Source: a virus (taxonomy: Duplodnaviria > Caudoviricetes). Taken from it: 64,000 nucleotides of DNA. A model generated the notes under the pieces. The model ran no database searches. It saw only the letters and a program-made list of their open reading frames with translations, and had not been told where the DNA came from. Location of the stretch: positions 144,434 to 208,433 of IMG/VR virus record IMGVR_UViG_3300012983_000001; one strand, given 5' to 3'. The position numbers and the translations under genes were made by a program. Shown here in pieces: positions 9,486 to 19,959 of the stretch. Every line of letters begins with the position of its first letter. Position 1 is the first letter of the stretch.

Positions 9486-11368
9486 TATTCAATCACCTCA
9501 CGATTCAATATATCAAATACTCTGGATAATTCAGAAATTTCTTGTCGTAACAGAGCATTTTGTGCTTTCAGTTCTTCGAAGGAACCTGTACCAGATGCAT
9601 CAATATCAAAGGCACGTATAAAGAGATTTAATCCCTCAGGAACATGTTTCTGTGCATATAACGTTGCTGTATTGATAAACTGCACTACATTATCTGTTAC
9701 TAATATATGTTGTGCCTTGAATTCATCTGATAAGATAGCCAGTAAGTCTTCTACAAAGGTTAATTTATAATCTATGCCTTCTGCAATGCGGATATAACCA
9801 TCAGAACGTACATTATAAGCGTTGGCTGATATCTTAAAGTCACCAAGAGCAATGCTACGATTGTATTCAACACCTCGTTCGATACTAATGATAAGACCAA
9901 GATTTTCCACAGGATACCCTACTGCCTTAGACATATCAGGTTGTATTTGTACTACTCCGCCTGGAGTTGTTTCTGCTAAATACAAAGGCATACCTTGTGT
10001 ATAGCCATTGGCTTCAGTAAAAATATCAGTTGCAAAGAATCCTGTCCACCTGTATTCGAATGTATCGGTATCAAATACTCTTGATACAATACCAATAACA
10101 TTAATGCTTAAGTCATCTATTGCCAACGCTTTTTGATAACCTTTATCATGATGGTAGTAAATAAACTCTCCGACGCTAAGACCGTGTTGTGCTTGTGTTA
10201 CGATATGTGCATTACCACGGTCTGTAATGTAATAACCATCTGGTAGCTTTTCTAAATAATTACCAGCTTCTGCTGATATATTAAATTGCTCGCTCCAATA
10301 ACCATCTGGCTTCAATACAATACCATTGTTTTCTTCTTGAGACAGTGGTACTTCTACAAATTGACCATCGTAATATATTTGATTATCTGCAATACTTAGT
10401 TTGTCCAAGAAGTCCTTGTTAGCATGACTATGAGCACTAACAAGTTTCTGACGTAAATTCGCTTCTAAGTCACGTTCTTCAATGGTAACTTCGTGATGGT
10501 CACACACAATCGGAGTAACAGTCATTGTGGGAGCTCCATTACCTTTAATGATTGCATAGCACGGTTCGCCAAAATAAGTCTGGAAGTCTGTCATTTTTGG
10601 ACAGGTAATGGCAAAATGCTCATATCTACCACCATCAGTACCGCCATACCAGGTTTGTACTTTAGCAATTTTACCTGCAATTTTCTGACCTGTGTTAAGA
10701 AATACTGTTTCAGTATTAAACATTGATGTCCATGAACCGCCACCACTAGTTTGAGAACCAATTTTAATATAAGCAACACGCTTACCGCTTTTTGTGTAGA
10801 TATCGCATAGAACATTAGCTTCTCCAGTATAAGTACCAGCTTTTTGCCATCCAGTGCCATTACCACCAGTGGTCCATCCAGCCGTAGCACTAAAGGCATA
10901 CATACCACTGATATCATACTTATAGAAATAGCTTCTAATGGTTTCTATAGCCCCTAATGTTTTATTTGCCTGTAATACAGCAGGAACGAATCTGAAATCA
11001 ATGGCATCAGCTAAATGAGCAATAGCAGCGTATTTGTTATCTGCTTGTTTCCATGTAGGATAATCAAGTAATACTTCTGTCAATTCTTCTTTGGTAAAGT
11101 ATGTATCTATAACCGCAACCATATCTAAGACTTCTTGTATTCTCTTATTGGTTTCGTCGACAAATGCAGTTAATAGCTTACTTAACTCATAATCTGTATC
11201 TTCCAATAAGTTTAATACTTCCTGAAGGCCAGTAATAGCGTAAATGGGATGCTGGTTCATTAGGTCTTTATTGATAAGTTCATCGTGGTCACTGGCCATG
11301 CCACCAGAGCCAGAGCCGCCAGAGCCAGGATTCATGCCATGATTATATCTGACTAATCTCACTCCCAT
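9485..11368 (-). CDS. Tail fibre-like protein
   Basis: DHDELINKDLMNQHPIYAITGL motif typical of fibre N-termini; shares modules with the 4670 and 5878 ORFs. Confidence 0.5.
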   Translation of the reverse strand: MGVRLVRYNHGMNPGSGGSGSGGMASDHDELINKDLMNQHPIYAITGLQEVLNLLEDTDYELSKLLTAFVDETNKRIQEVLDMVAVIDTYFTKEELTEVLLDYPTWKQADNKYAAIAHLADAIDFRFVPAVLQANKTLGAIETIRSYFYKYDISGMYAFSATAGWTTGGNGTGWQKAGTYTGEANVLCDIYTKSGKRVAYIKIGSQTSGGGSWTSMFNTETVFLNTGQKIAGKIAKVQTWYGGTDGGRYEHFAITCPKMTDFQTYFGEPCYAIIKGNGAPTMTVTPIVCDHHEVTIEERDLEANLRQKLVSAHSHANKDFLDKLSIADNQIYYDGQFVEVPLSQEENNGIVLKPDGYWSEQFNISAEAGNYLEKLPDGYYITDRGNAHIVTQAQHGLSVGEFIYYHHDKGYQKALAIDDLSINVIGIVSRVFDTDTFEYRWTGFFATDIFTEANGYTQGMPLYLAETTPGGVVQIQPDMSKAVGYPVENLGLIISIERGVEYNRSIALGDFKISANAYNVRSDGYIRIAEGIDYKLTFVEDLLAILSDEFKAQHILVTDNVVQFINTATLYAQKHVPEGLNLFIRAFDIDASGTGSFEELKAQNALLRQEISELSRVFDILNREVIE

Positions 11369-11384
11369 AACTATTTCTCACCTT

Positions 11385-12689
11385 CTATTCTATAATAATT
11401 TTAAACCTGTAATCGTTTGCAGTCATATAAAAATCTTGTATTGGCTTATCTGTTAGCTTGATAAATATACTACGCCCTTCTGATGGTTCAATGGCGTCTA
11501 TTACCACTTCTTTATCGTAGACAAGCTCATCTTCTTTTCTCTCTTCGTTATATAAGGCAACAGAAACTTCTTCTTCGCCTTCATAATATTCGGAATATTT
11601 AATGACCTTAATTTTAACATCATGAATAGTATATTCTTCCTTGTTGTAAACATCAAGTTGTATCTTGTAAGCACCACGATAGAATGTACCCAAATCGTAC
11701 AATTCCAATGGACTTAACTCAGTATTGTCAATAAACAATCTGATGTCTCTTTCAAGAGTAAAACCATCACCACCGTACACGGTAGTTCCAAGGTCATATA
11801 CACCAATAGCATTGTCATACTGCCATCGAGGATAAATCCTCATTTTAGCATTTCTAATGGGTGCTGGTAACGTTGTTGTATTGATTAAACATCGTTTATT
11901 GGAACGGTTAATCATGTGCATATACTGAATACTATCAGTTCTCATTAACACAGCACCGTTCTCATCAAGAATTTCCATTTCATGCGTTCTGTCGATACCA
12001 TCAAAAGTAATATACTTACTCTTGTATAATGCAAAAGATTTAAAATAGCAATGACTGTTCTTGAGAACATTGGCATTTCTTGTACCATACACGAAAAAGC
12101 CAATTACTCCAGCATCATCAAATTTTACATTGCCAATATCAATCCATGTAATGCCATCCTGACTTGCGCTGAACATATACTTGTACTTAATTTTGGTAAA
12201 CTTGATATATGGATATCTTACATCGACAAACTTAATATCAGGGTCCGTACTAATGTTTGTTGCATCTGGATTATCAGCAGTTATAGTGCCATCATCCATG
12301 CTCCAAAGCACATAACGCTCATCCAGAAGTTTGTCTACCATACCTTCTACATCAGCATATACATCTTCTGAATTTGTCATTGCCGAGTCTCCTGTGGCAA
12401 TATATGATTGACATTCAGCGTATTCTTTAGTATTGGACATTATAAGTACTCCTGCAATGTCTTCCATTGCCGCAGGGACATGGTCTAAATGAACAATGCA
12501 GGAATACTCATCTACACTTGGCTCAACTATGGTATATGTCGTGTATCGCCCATGATGCTTTATCTGTAGGCCATTATCTCCAAATGATAAGCAATTAGCG
12601 TCAGATGGAGATAATGTCCACAGTAACGTCTGTTCCGAGAAGTCGTCATAGAAAAACAGTCCATCACTTGTTTTATTAAGTTTTGCCAT
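11385..12689 (-). CDS. Virion protein with a lectin/concanavalin-like beta-sandwich
   Basis: FYDDFS...W, IAGVLI, YMFSASQDGITWIDIG pattern. Confidence 0.4.
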   Translation of the reverse strand: MAKLNKTSDGLFFYDDFSEQTLLWTLSPSDANCLSFGDNGLQIKHHGRYTTYTIVEPSVDEYSCIVHLDHVPAAMEDIAGVLIMSNTKEYAECQSYIATGDSAMTNSEDVYADVEGMVDKLLDERYVLWSMDDGTITADNPDATNISTDPDIKFVDVRYPYIKFTKIKYKYMFSASQDGITWIDIGNVKFDDAGVIGFFVYGTRNANVLKNSHCYFKSFALYKSKYITFDGIDRTHEMEILDENGAVLMRTDSIQYMHMINRSNKRCLINTTTLPAPIRNAKMRIYPRWQYDNAIGVYDLGTTVYGGDGFTLERDIRLFIDNTELSPLELYDLGTFYRGAYKIQLDVYNKEEYTIHDVKIKVIKYSEYYEGEEEVSVALYNEERKEDELVYDKEVVIDAIEPSEGRSIFIKLTDKPIQDFYMTANDYRFKIIIE

Positions 12690-12702
12690 AGTTAATCACC
12701 TA

Positions 12703-13389
12703 CTATACAATATCAATATACTGGTCAAGCGGAACTATCTTTCCGATTTTAACAGCATCCTTTCCAAGCAGATTTGCTAATTCCTTAGCTTTTGCCATTG
12801 CAGAATTTAACGATGCATGAGTAGAATACAAGAACCAAGGGTCCAGCTGAAGACGCTTCATTCTGTCATAGTACAGATACGGAGTTTGTTTAGATTGATT
12901 TGCAGGGTCTCCATTACGGTCCACAATATCACTCTCGGCATAAGCCATACCGTCATAAATAAACACCATATCATACTTAGGATTGTTTGCAGATGTTTCT
13001 TCCGTAATAATTTCATAGTTATCCAGGTCAATTTGTGCCTGTTTCTTTCGTAATATACCATTGACATCGTTATAGAAAGAATTTTCTGGCTCAATGATAC
13101 AGTTTTCAACAGACATTTTATCTTTACTAGTCTTATCTTGCATTTCTTCGTATCTTTGGCCGATATTATAAACCTTCAGTTCTGGAACACTTAAGTTAAT
13201 GACTTTGGTTTTACCGCTGACAATATCCGCTTTTAAAGCAAGATATTCAGCTTCGTTTGCAGCGTAATCTGCCTCAAGTTTTGTTTTTTCTTCGGCACCA
13301 ATCCATTCGATATTCGTATGGTTGGTCAATGCACGGTTAACGGTTTCATTAAGATATCTACAAAATATCTGATATTGTGTAACAGCCAT
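12703..13389 (-). CDS. Hypothetical virion protein (paralogue of 13401-14390)
   Basis: Shared MAxTQYQIxCRYxNET start and PWF...KxVPxDQ end. Confidence 0.45.
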   Translation of the reverse strand: MAVTQYQIFCRYLNETVNRALTNHTNIEWIGAEEKTKLEADYAANEAEYLALKADIVSGKTKVINLSVPELKVYNIGQRYEEMQDKTSKDKMSVENCIIEPENSFYNDVNGILRKKQAQIDLDNYEIITEETSANNPKYDMVFIYDGMAYAESDIVDRNGDPANQSKQTPYLYYDRMKRLQLDPWFLYSTHASLNSAMAKAKELANLLGKDAVKIGKIVPLDQYIDIV

Positions 13390-13400
13390 GTCATTACCTC

Positions 13401-14390
13401 CTATTTAATCTTTACGAACTGGTCAAATGGAACAACCTTGATAAGCTTAACATTTTCAAGGCCAATCTTTTCAACTAAAAGTCTAGCCTTAATTAAAGCT
13501 GCTTCCAGAGAACCAACTGTAGTGTTAACAAACCATGGACTTAACTTGATACGTGTGTATGTATCTTTAATAAGATACGGGGCTTCGTTTATTTCTTCGT
13601 AATGACCAGGTACTGTTTTACGTGCAATATCTTCCTTGGTAATATTAACACTTTCGTATAAATGCGTTTGTGTACGAGACCCCCATGTTTCTCTACCATT
13701 TGGCAACATAAGCTTATCCATTGGATTGTTGCCAATTGCTACTGGACCATCATAATATGTAAACATGATGCCACCATAACTTGAATCAATTGGCTCATCG
13801 ACTACGGTATAATCTTCCCAGCTAAGTTTGCTTTCTTTTGCCTGGAATATATCTAAAGCTTCGTCAATAAGAGCTTGGATGCGTTCTTCAGAATAATATC
13901 TATTCTTTTCTTTACCCTTATCGGCTTTACTAAGGTCTCGAATATATGTATCTTTAAAATGTTTTTGAATAGAGTGTGATTTACAAACAACAATCCCACC
14001 ATCTTCTGGTGTAGTACGCTCAAGAGTAGTAAAATCTTTAGAATAATCCCCAAGGTTTCCGATTTTACTACGGTCAAGACTCTGCCAATCTTTTACTACA
14101 TAGCCTTCTGCTTCTGGATACCATTTCTTATGTCTAATTTTCTTTGTTCCATCATAAGCAAAAATCATGTTGTTCTTAGGATTCTCACTGCTGTTACCAA
14201 AGGAAATCAGTTCTTGCTGTTCGTCAATCGCATCTGATTTCTCGATTTCATTACCAGCAAAGAGCTTATGATATGGGTCAGTATAGAATTCACACACTGG
14301 CTCATAATCATAGTGCAAATCATTGGTAACTGGAGTATTAGTAGTTTCATTGATGTATCTGCAAAGAATTTGATATTGTGTTGCAGCCAT
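13401..14390 (-). CDS. Hypothetical virion protein (paralogue of 12703-13389)
   Basis: Shared N- and C-terminal motifs. Confidence 0.45.
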   Translation of the reverse strand: MAATQYQILCRYINETTNTPVTNDLHYDYEPVCEFYTDPYHKLFAGNEIEKSDAIDEQQELISFGNSSENPKNNMIFAYDGTKKIRHKKWYPEAEGYVVKDWQSLDRSKIGNLGDYSKDFTTLERTTPEDGGIVVCKSHSIQKHFKDTYIRDLSKADKGKEKNRYYSEERIQALIDEALDIFQAKESKLSWEDYTVVDEPIDSSYGGIMFTYYDGPVAIGNNPMDKLMLPNGRETWGSRTQTHLYESVNITKEDIARKTVPGHYEEINEAPYLIKDTYTRIKLSPWFVNTTVGSLEAALIKARLLVEKIGLENVKLIKVVPFDQFVKIK

Positions 14391-14409
14391 TGTTACATCC
14401 TTCCTTTCT

Positions 14410-17400
14410 TTAGGTTTCTTTAATGGTTAATCGCTTACCTTTTGATTTGTCTTGGTGATGGAGGTCCCAATATTCTTGTAATCGCTTATAGATTTCTCCA
14501 ATACCTAAGTTACCTTTTCTAAGCATCTCATATATAGTTGCTCGGTCTTCATACAAGTTTGCATACTCAATCATCTTTCTTGCGATGTCATTCAATGGTT
14601 TATTGCCTGCTTTCAGAACAGGGTCAAAATCAATAGAAAGATTTTTGAACGTACAGTTCGGTACTTTAATATTACCGATGTAGAAGAAAGCATTCAAGTT
14701 GTGTTCTTTTGGTTTTTCTATTCTTACTATATTGGGCTCGCCAGTATAAGGTAACTCATACATTAAGTTTAATGTTGACCGTGAAACTGTATCAACGAGT
14801 GCATCGTTTATATATATATTAACCGAACCTATCGTATTTGACAATGAAAAAGTGAATGAACTATTCTTTTTATTCTTAATTTCGAAAGTTACAGACGCTT
14901 CTCTTTGTCCAATTAACTCAGGTTTATTACGAATAACTCCAAGTTTGCCGTCAACATACATAGTTGCATCGGGGTCGTTAAGATTATTTGGTATCAAACA
15001 TTCGCCAGTTGTAAGCTTTGATTCTAGTGTATCATATTCGTAAGAAATAATATACTGTGAATTTTGAATAATACTTGTTTCGCCATACCATCGAATCAGC
15101 TTAAACACTCTTAGTGCTTGTTCCAGCTGGTCCAATGAGAAGTATTCCATAATCCAAGCATACATATATTCCATCATTAACTTTACCGACTGCATCATTG
15201 TCATTGTACCAAACTCAAAGATTTTGCTTTGCCATAAACGATAGAACTTCAAAAATATCGTATGCATAACACTAGTTTCGATACCATAGAATTGTTCTAT
15301 CTTTATAGCACTGTCGTCATAGTTAACTGCAATGTCGGCATGTTTTGACGTTAAAGGGTGCCTAATTGGGAACTTTGCTATAAACGTATGGTCGTCAATA
15401 ACCTTAACAGGGTTACGTGGCCTCATGGTTTGTCTATTAAAGATAATGTCTTCGAATTGTTCATAGCGAGTATCGTTTTCTGGTAATAACAATTCATCAA
15501 TACCAAAGACATTACCAGGGAACGGGTCTGGTGTTTCATATACCCAAGCCCAATTGCCAAAGTCATCAGGACGAATACCTGCATCATATGCTTTTGTATG
15601 AACTTCATGTAATTGTTGAAACAATGCAGACTCACGAATAATTTTATGGGTAAATACTCCGTAATCATAAAAAGTATCAACGTGCTTTTTGATTGTAGGA
15701 GAAATACAATCTAACATATAACCATGTCTTTGGTCTCTGCTAACGCTAAATGTTTCATCTAGCATAACACTATATTGTTTTTGACTCCACAAAGTACTGT
15801 AATCATAATAACACATTTGACTGATTTTATCTACAAATATTGAATTATTGCAATAAATATCTCTTGAAATTACAATAGTGCTCAGGTCACCTTCTATATG
15901 GCCGTCATATGACTTTCTATGGACTTTTATTTCTTCGTTTAACCAACACTCGCTTATTGTCTTATCGACCAAAATTGAGGCGTTTAGCGCGGTCAAATGT
16001 TGATATTTATCCACAAAAACATCTTCAAAGACAAAGCCACGTACTTTGACTTTCGTAATCTGAGTATTTTTATAGTCTAAGTAAACATCAAAAGCTTGTT
16101 TATCGCAAAATAAATCTAAATCTGGAATGCTCGTGTCTTTCGGAATAACAGAGCCACTTACATCATGATTGATATATCCATTACCTGCGAGCTTTTGTAC
16201 CATTGAATTGATACTATCAATATATGCTCTGTGTTTTACTTTAGATAACGGAATAATCATATTTGTAAAATTACTGTCTCGTATTTTTTCAATATAATGT
16301 TCTGCTATCTCGTTCTTGAAAACGAAATCCACATCAGGTATATATACAGGCTGTGGTGCCTTGTTTGCCAATACATTACGGAATAACGAAGCATTGTGCA
16401 TCAATTTATCAGTAAATAATTGGTTAACTATAGCAATATCGTGTTGACCCTTAAACGCCCAATCATCATCAAATGTGTATATACTGTGACTATATTTTGT
16501 TGCTAGTTTCATTTGAGTATCTAACATAGTCCCAAGTTGATTTTTAAACGCAAATACCGAATCATGCATCTCGATGCTCATGTTGCTTTTATGACCAAAA
16601 GAACCAAGGTTTTGTATAAATATACTTGCTCTGTCTTTATTTGCTTCTTCAAATCCATGCCACAAACTAATTCCATATTGGTCTTTATAAGCAAAGTCAT
16701 TGTCACCAAAAACAGAGATAGATGCTTTATCTTTAGAGACAAAAATCTGACTCCAATTCTCAATAGAATGATTGTCTTTGTATGCAAACCATGTATTGTC
16801 TTCGGCCCAAATACTTTTCTTATCAAGAGATAGGTCAACATTTGTAACTGGAAGCGTTAGGACTGCTTTGTCTTTGTACATGTATAATTGCCATGGGTCT
16901 ACAATAACGCTTTTATCACCGAGCATACCCGACACAGAAGTGTATAATGTAATATTTTTTCCATTATCTCCAAGAAACGTACTATCGGCAATACTTGCAC
17001 CACCATTAAATTTGGTACCATGAACATCATTATCAAACAATGCAATTACTGCTTTGTCTGCTGTCATCCATATGCCCTCAAAAAGTGACGTTAATGGATT
17101 ATCTAATGTACCTGTGGTTATTATAAAATCTTTTAAGATTTTATGGTCCAAGCCAGCAAAAACAGAACGAAGAGGTGTTATGGTATTTTTATCTTTAGAT
17201 GCTGTATTTGTAACAAACCTAGAAACAACATGTTTGTCTCTAAAAACCATTGTAGGTATTACATAATTCATTACATTGTCGTCTTTGAATGCTGACTCTA
17301 AGTTATGTTGGCTACCAATAGTAAGAACTGCTTTACTTACAAATGCTGACTGAAACATAAAAGCAGTGTTGTTATGTCTATATCCCCATAAAACTTTATG

Positions 17401-18468
17401 GCTATCCAGATGTTTTAAATAAACACTACCAGATACTTGTTTAAAGACATTTCCATGCTTATCACCTGGTTTGCCAAATAAAATTCTAAATGCATTTGCA
17501 TACTTACGCTGTGGAGTACAAATAAGTGTTTTATTGATATTACCAATAAACGACGAACGTTCTCCGTATATTTGAGGAATAATGTTCATTCTATGTGTGC
17601 GCGGATACTGTTCTGCTATTTGTGGCAAAATATTCATATGTATTGTATCATCTGCACGCTCTAACATATATACAGGCAGAATATTCATTTCTAAATCGAA
17701 TGGAGCCATAAATATGTTTTCCAGACGACTTAAATCATTATCAAGAAACCCGCCTTGTGGATTAATCCATCGGTTTAATCTAAATGTAGGTAGTTTCAAT
17801 GCAAATGTATCATAGATATTTAGCTCTTTATCAAACGTTGCGAGCATTCCAGGAGATTGCATTATGTCAAGATGATTTGTAAAAGCAAGATGACGCCACT
17901 CTTGGAAATATCTTAAATGATTATGATAACGTTTTTGTAAAAGTAAATTCGAATACTTTGATAGAACATAATCTTGTTGAAGCCAGATGTCTTGACCTAA
18001 AACCTGCTTGCTTAGGGCATCTCTGTCCATACTAGCAATAGGATTCTCGTATTTGTTGAGAATAGTATCATGTCTACTAAGATAATAATCGTCATAAACA
18101 TTTAATACGTATAATGGTAATGCCATATTGCGCACATCAAGAAATGTACTTAAGTTATAATGGGTTCTGTGTGCTTGCTCTTGCGTAGTATCAGAAAACA
18201 TATCGTCTTTTACGATATCGAGACTTAAAAACAAGTTATGGTATTCAGTCTCATAAGGCTTAAGGTCAACAAATAGACCATATAACTGGTAAAGCCCAGT
18301 TGCTACCTTTGTGATAGCAACTGGGCTATTGAATGTGCTTGCATCAGAAAGGGCGATATATCTTTGATACACTAAACCATATTCGATTGATTCAGACGGC
18401 CAATATGCAAATCTAGCTTCGTATCGTGGTTCAGATTTTGTTTTGTATTGAAAGGATATTTCGCTCAT
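14410..18468 (-). CDS. Large repetitive virion protein
   Basis: 1352 aa; central degenerate ~17-19-aa periodicity (..F.xKD/DK..) suggesting a beta-solenoid. Confidence 0.45.
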   Translation of the reverse strand: MSEISFQYKTKSEPRYEARFAYWPSESIEYGLVYQRYIALSDASTFNSPVAITKVATGLYQLYGLFVDLKPYETEYHNLFLSLDIVKDDMFSDTTQEQAHRTHYNLSTFLDVRNMALPLYVLNVYDDYYLSRHDTILNKYENPIASMDRDALSKQVLGQDIWLQQDYVLSKYSNLLLQKRYHNHLRYFQEWRHLAFTNHLDIMQSPGMLATFDKELNIYDTFALKLPTFRLNRWINPQGGFLDNDLSRLENIFMAPFDLEMNILPVYMLERADDTIHMNILPQIAEQYPRTHRMNIIPQIYGERSSFIGNINKTLICTPQRKYANAFRILFGKPGDKHGNVFKQVSGSVYLKHLDSHKVLWGYRHNNTAFMFQSAFVSKAVLTIGSQHNLESAFKDDNVMNYVIPTMVFRDKHVVSRFVTNTASKDKNTITPLRSVFAGLDHKILKDFIITTGTLDNPLTSLFEGIWMTADKAVIALFDNDVHGTKFNGGASIADSTFLGDNGKNITLYTSVSGMLGDKSVIVDPWQLYMYKDKAVLTLPVTNVDLSLDKKSIWAEDNTWFAYKDNHSIENWSQIFVSKDKASISVFGDNDFAYKDQYGISLWHGFEEANKDRASIFIQNLGSFGHKSNMSIEMHDSVFAFKNQLGTMLDTQMKLATKYSHSIYTFDDDWAFKGQHDIAIVNQLFTDKLMHNASLFRNVLANKAPQPVYIPDVDFVFKNEIAEHYIEKIRDSNFTNMIIPLSKVKHRAYIDSINSMVQKLAGNGYINHDVSGSVIPKDTSIPDLDLFCDKQAFDVYLDYKNTQITKVKVRGFVFEDVFVDKYQHLTALNASILVDKTISECWLNEEIKVHRKSYDGHIEGDLSTIVISRDIYCNNSIFVDKISQMCYYDYSTLWSQKQYSVMLDETFSVSRDQRHGYMLDCISPTIKKHVDTFYDYGVFTHKIIRESALFQQLHEVHTKAYDAGIRPDDFGNWAWVYETPDPFPGNVFGIDELLLPENDTRYEQFEDIIFNRQTMRPRNPVKVIDDHTFIAKFPIRHPLTSKHADIAVNYDDSAIKIEQFYGIETSVMHTIFLKFYRLWQSKIFEFGTMTMMQSVKLMMEYMYAWIMEYFSLDQLEQALRVFKLIRWYGETSIIQNSQYIISYEYDTLESKLTTGECLIPNNLNDPDATMYVDGKLGVIRNKPELIGQREASVTFEIKNKKNSSFTFSLSNTIGSVNIYINDALVDTVSRSTLNLMYELPYTGEPNIVRIEKPKEHNLNAFFYIGNIKVPNCTFKNLSIDFDPVLKAGNKPLNDIARKMIEYANLYEDRATIYEMLRKGNLGIGEIYKRLQEYWDLHHQDKSKGKRLTIKET

Positions 18469-18479
18469 TTCACCACTCC

Positions 18480-19907
18480 TTATGCTGCTGCAATTTTAGA
18501 TGTATCAATCTGGAAGGAAGCAGTACGGTCAGCTGTTGTAGAACCGCCACCGATTTCATCACCTGTTGCAGAGTATCCAGATACGCCAATCTTAATACCA
18601 CAAGTGAATCTCTTCTGTTCCTCGCTTGCATCCTTAAGCTTATCAAAGTCGATAGTAAGAATAGCTAATGTGTCATCAACGTTACGATTGAAGCCCTTAT
18701 TATATGCGTCAACAAAGATTGCAGGATGGGTTTCCTTGAAGAGAGTCATTGTACCATAGTTATACATTACGCTTTCAAGTGTTACGCCGATAATCTGACC
18801 AAGACCAAGCTTAAGCTCTGGAGCTTCAAATAATTCACTACCTCTGTTACTGAATGCTGTCAATGTCATTGTGCCACCTGTTGTTGGAGCAAGAAGGGTT
18901 TCGTAAGAAGAGCTACCATCTGTCTTGTACTGATACTTGCCTTCATCGTCTGTTTGCAGATACAGATTGTTGAGTACAACGTCAAGAACTTCTTCATTGG
19001 TAATATATTTACTAATGGTAGAACAGTTAAATACAACATCTCTGGTAACCTGGCCAAGAGTAAGAGTTGCAGTAAGAACAAGACCGCCAATGCGGACGCG
19101 ATTCTGTAATGCGTTATTCGTACTACCAACAACCTTAACGGTAGCAGTTGCATTAGGAATAACATCAATCAGCGTACATGCTTCTTTGTATGTACATCTT
19201 GTAACAGCACCTGTTTCGATATTAATACGAGGCTCTGTATAAATACCAGTTGTAAACGGAAGCGTTTCATCTACGACACTCCATTTAATGGTTACAGGCT
19301 CTGTAGACATATCAGGAATGCTTCTGCTCTGAACAAGACTAAGTGGCTTTAAAATGTTATTGTGACCAGAAGCTTCACTGTTCTGCTGATAAGCTTCATT
19401 TGCACCACCAATCAGAGCCCATAAGCCAGCCTGAGTAAATGTAGTGCTATTCAGTACTTCTTCAGCAGTAATTGCCATAACAGTTGTCTGTATTCTGGAA
19501 GTTACCATACCAGTATCGCCCTTGGTAACGGTAATCTCAATATGACCAACAGCATTGCCTTCGCCAAACTTTGGTCTTCCTAAGACCTTACCGTCGTCAG
19601 TCATATAGGTACTAAGATACGGAACGTCAATATCGACAATACGATATGTAATAGTTGTTCCATTAGCGCCGCTATATGTCAATGTAACATTGTCCACAAG
19701 CTGACTTAAATCGTGGGCAGTAGTAATTTTTTCTACCGCAGTTGCATGGTCAAGAATACAACATGTCATATCGTCAATACCAGCTGCTTTAACGCTTACA
19801 TTAAATGTCTTCTTAGCCCATTTCTTCTTATTCTCTGTAACAACCTTGGCCATCAAACGAACGCCAGTAGGTTTATCTTTTCGAGTTACTAAACCAACAA
19901 AAGACAT
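18480..19907 (-). CDS. Ig-like-domain virion protein
   Basis: Thr/Val-rich beta modules (VLTATLTLGQVTRDVVF). Confidence 0.4.
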   Translation of the reverse strand: MSFVGLVTRKDKPTGVRLMAKVVTENKKKWAKKTFNVSVKAAGIDDMTCCILDHATAVEKITTAHDLSQLVDNVTLTYSGANGTTITYRIVDIDVPYLSTYMTDDGKVLGRPKFGEGNAVGHIEITVTKGDTGMVTSRIQTTVMAITAEEVLNSTTFTQAGLWALIGGANEAYQQNSEASGHNNILKPLSLVQSRSIPDMSTEPVTIKWSVVDETLPFTTGIYTEPRINIETGAVTRCTYKEACTLIDVIPNATATVKVVGSTNNALQNRVRIGGLVLTATLTLGQVTRDVVFNCSTISKYITNEEVLDVVLNNLYLQTDDEGKYQYKTDGSSSYETLLAPTTGGTMTLTAFSNRGSELFEAPELKLGLGQIIGVTLESVMYNYGTMTLFKETHPAIFVDAYNKGFNRNVDDTLAILTIDFDKLKDASEEQKRFTCGIKIGVSGYSATGDEIGGGSTTADRTASFQIDTSKIAAA

Positions 19908-19959
19908 ATATTTTTCCTCCTTTATTTATTCCCCCAGGCGGTTAGCCTGGGGGTTATTG

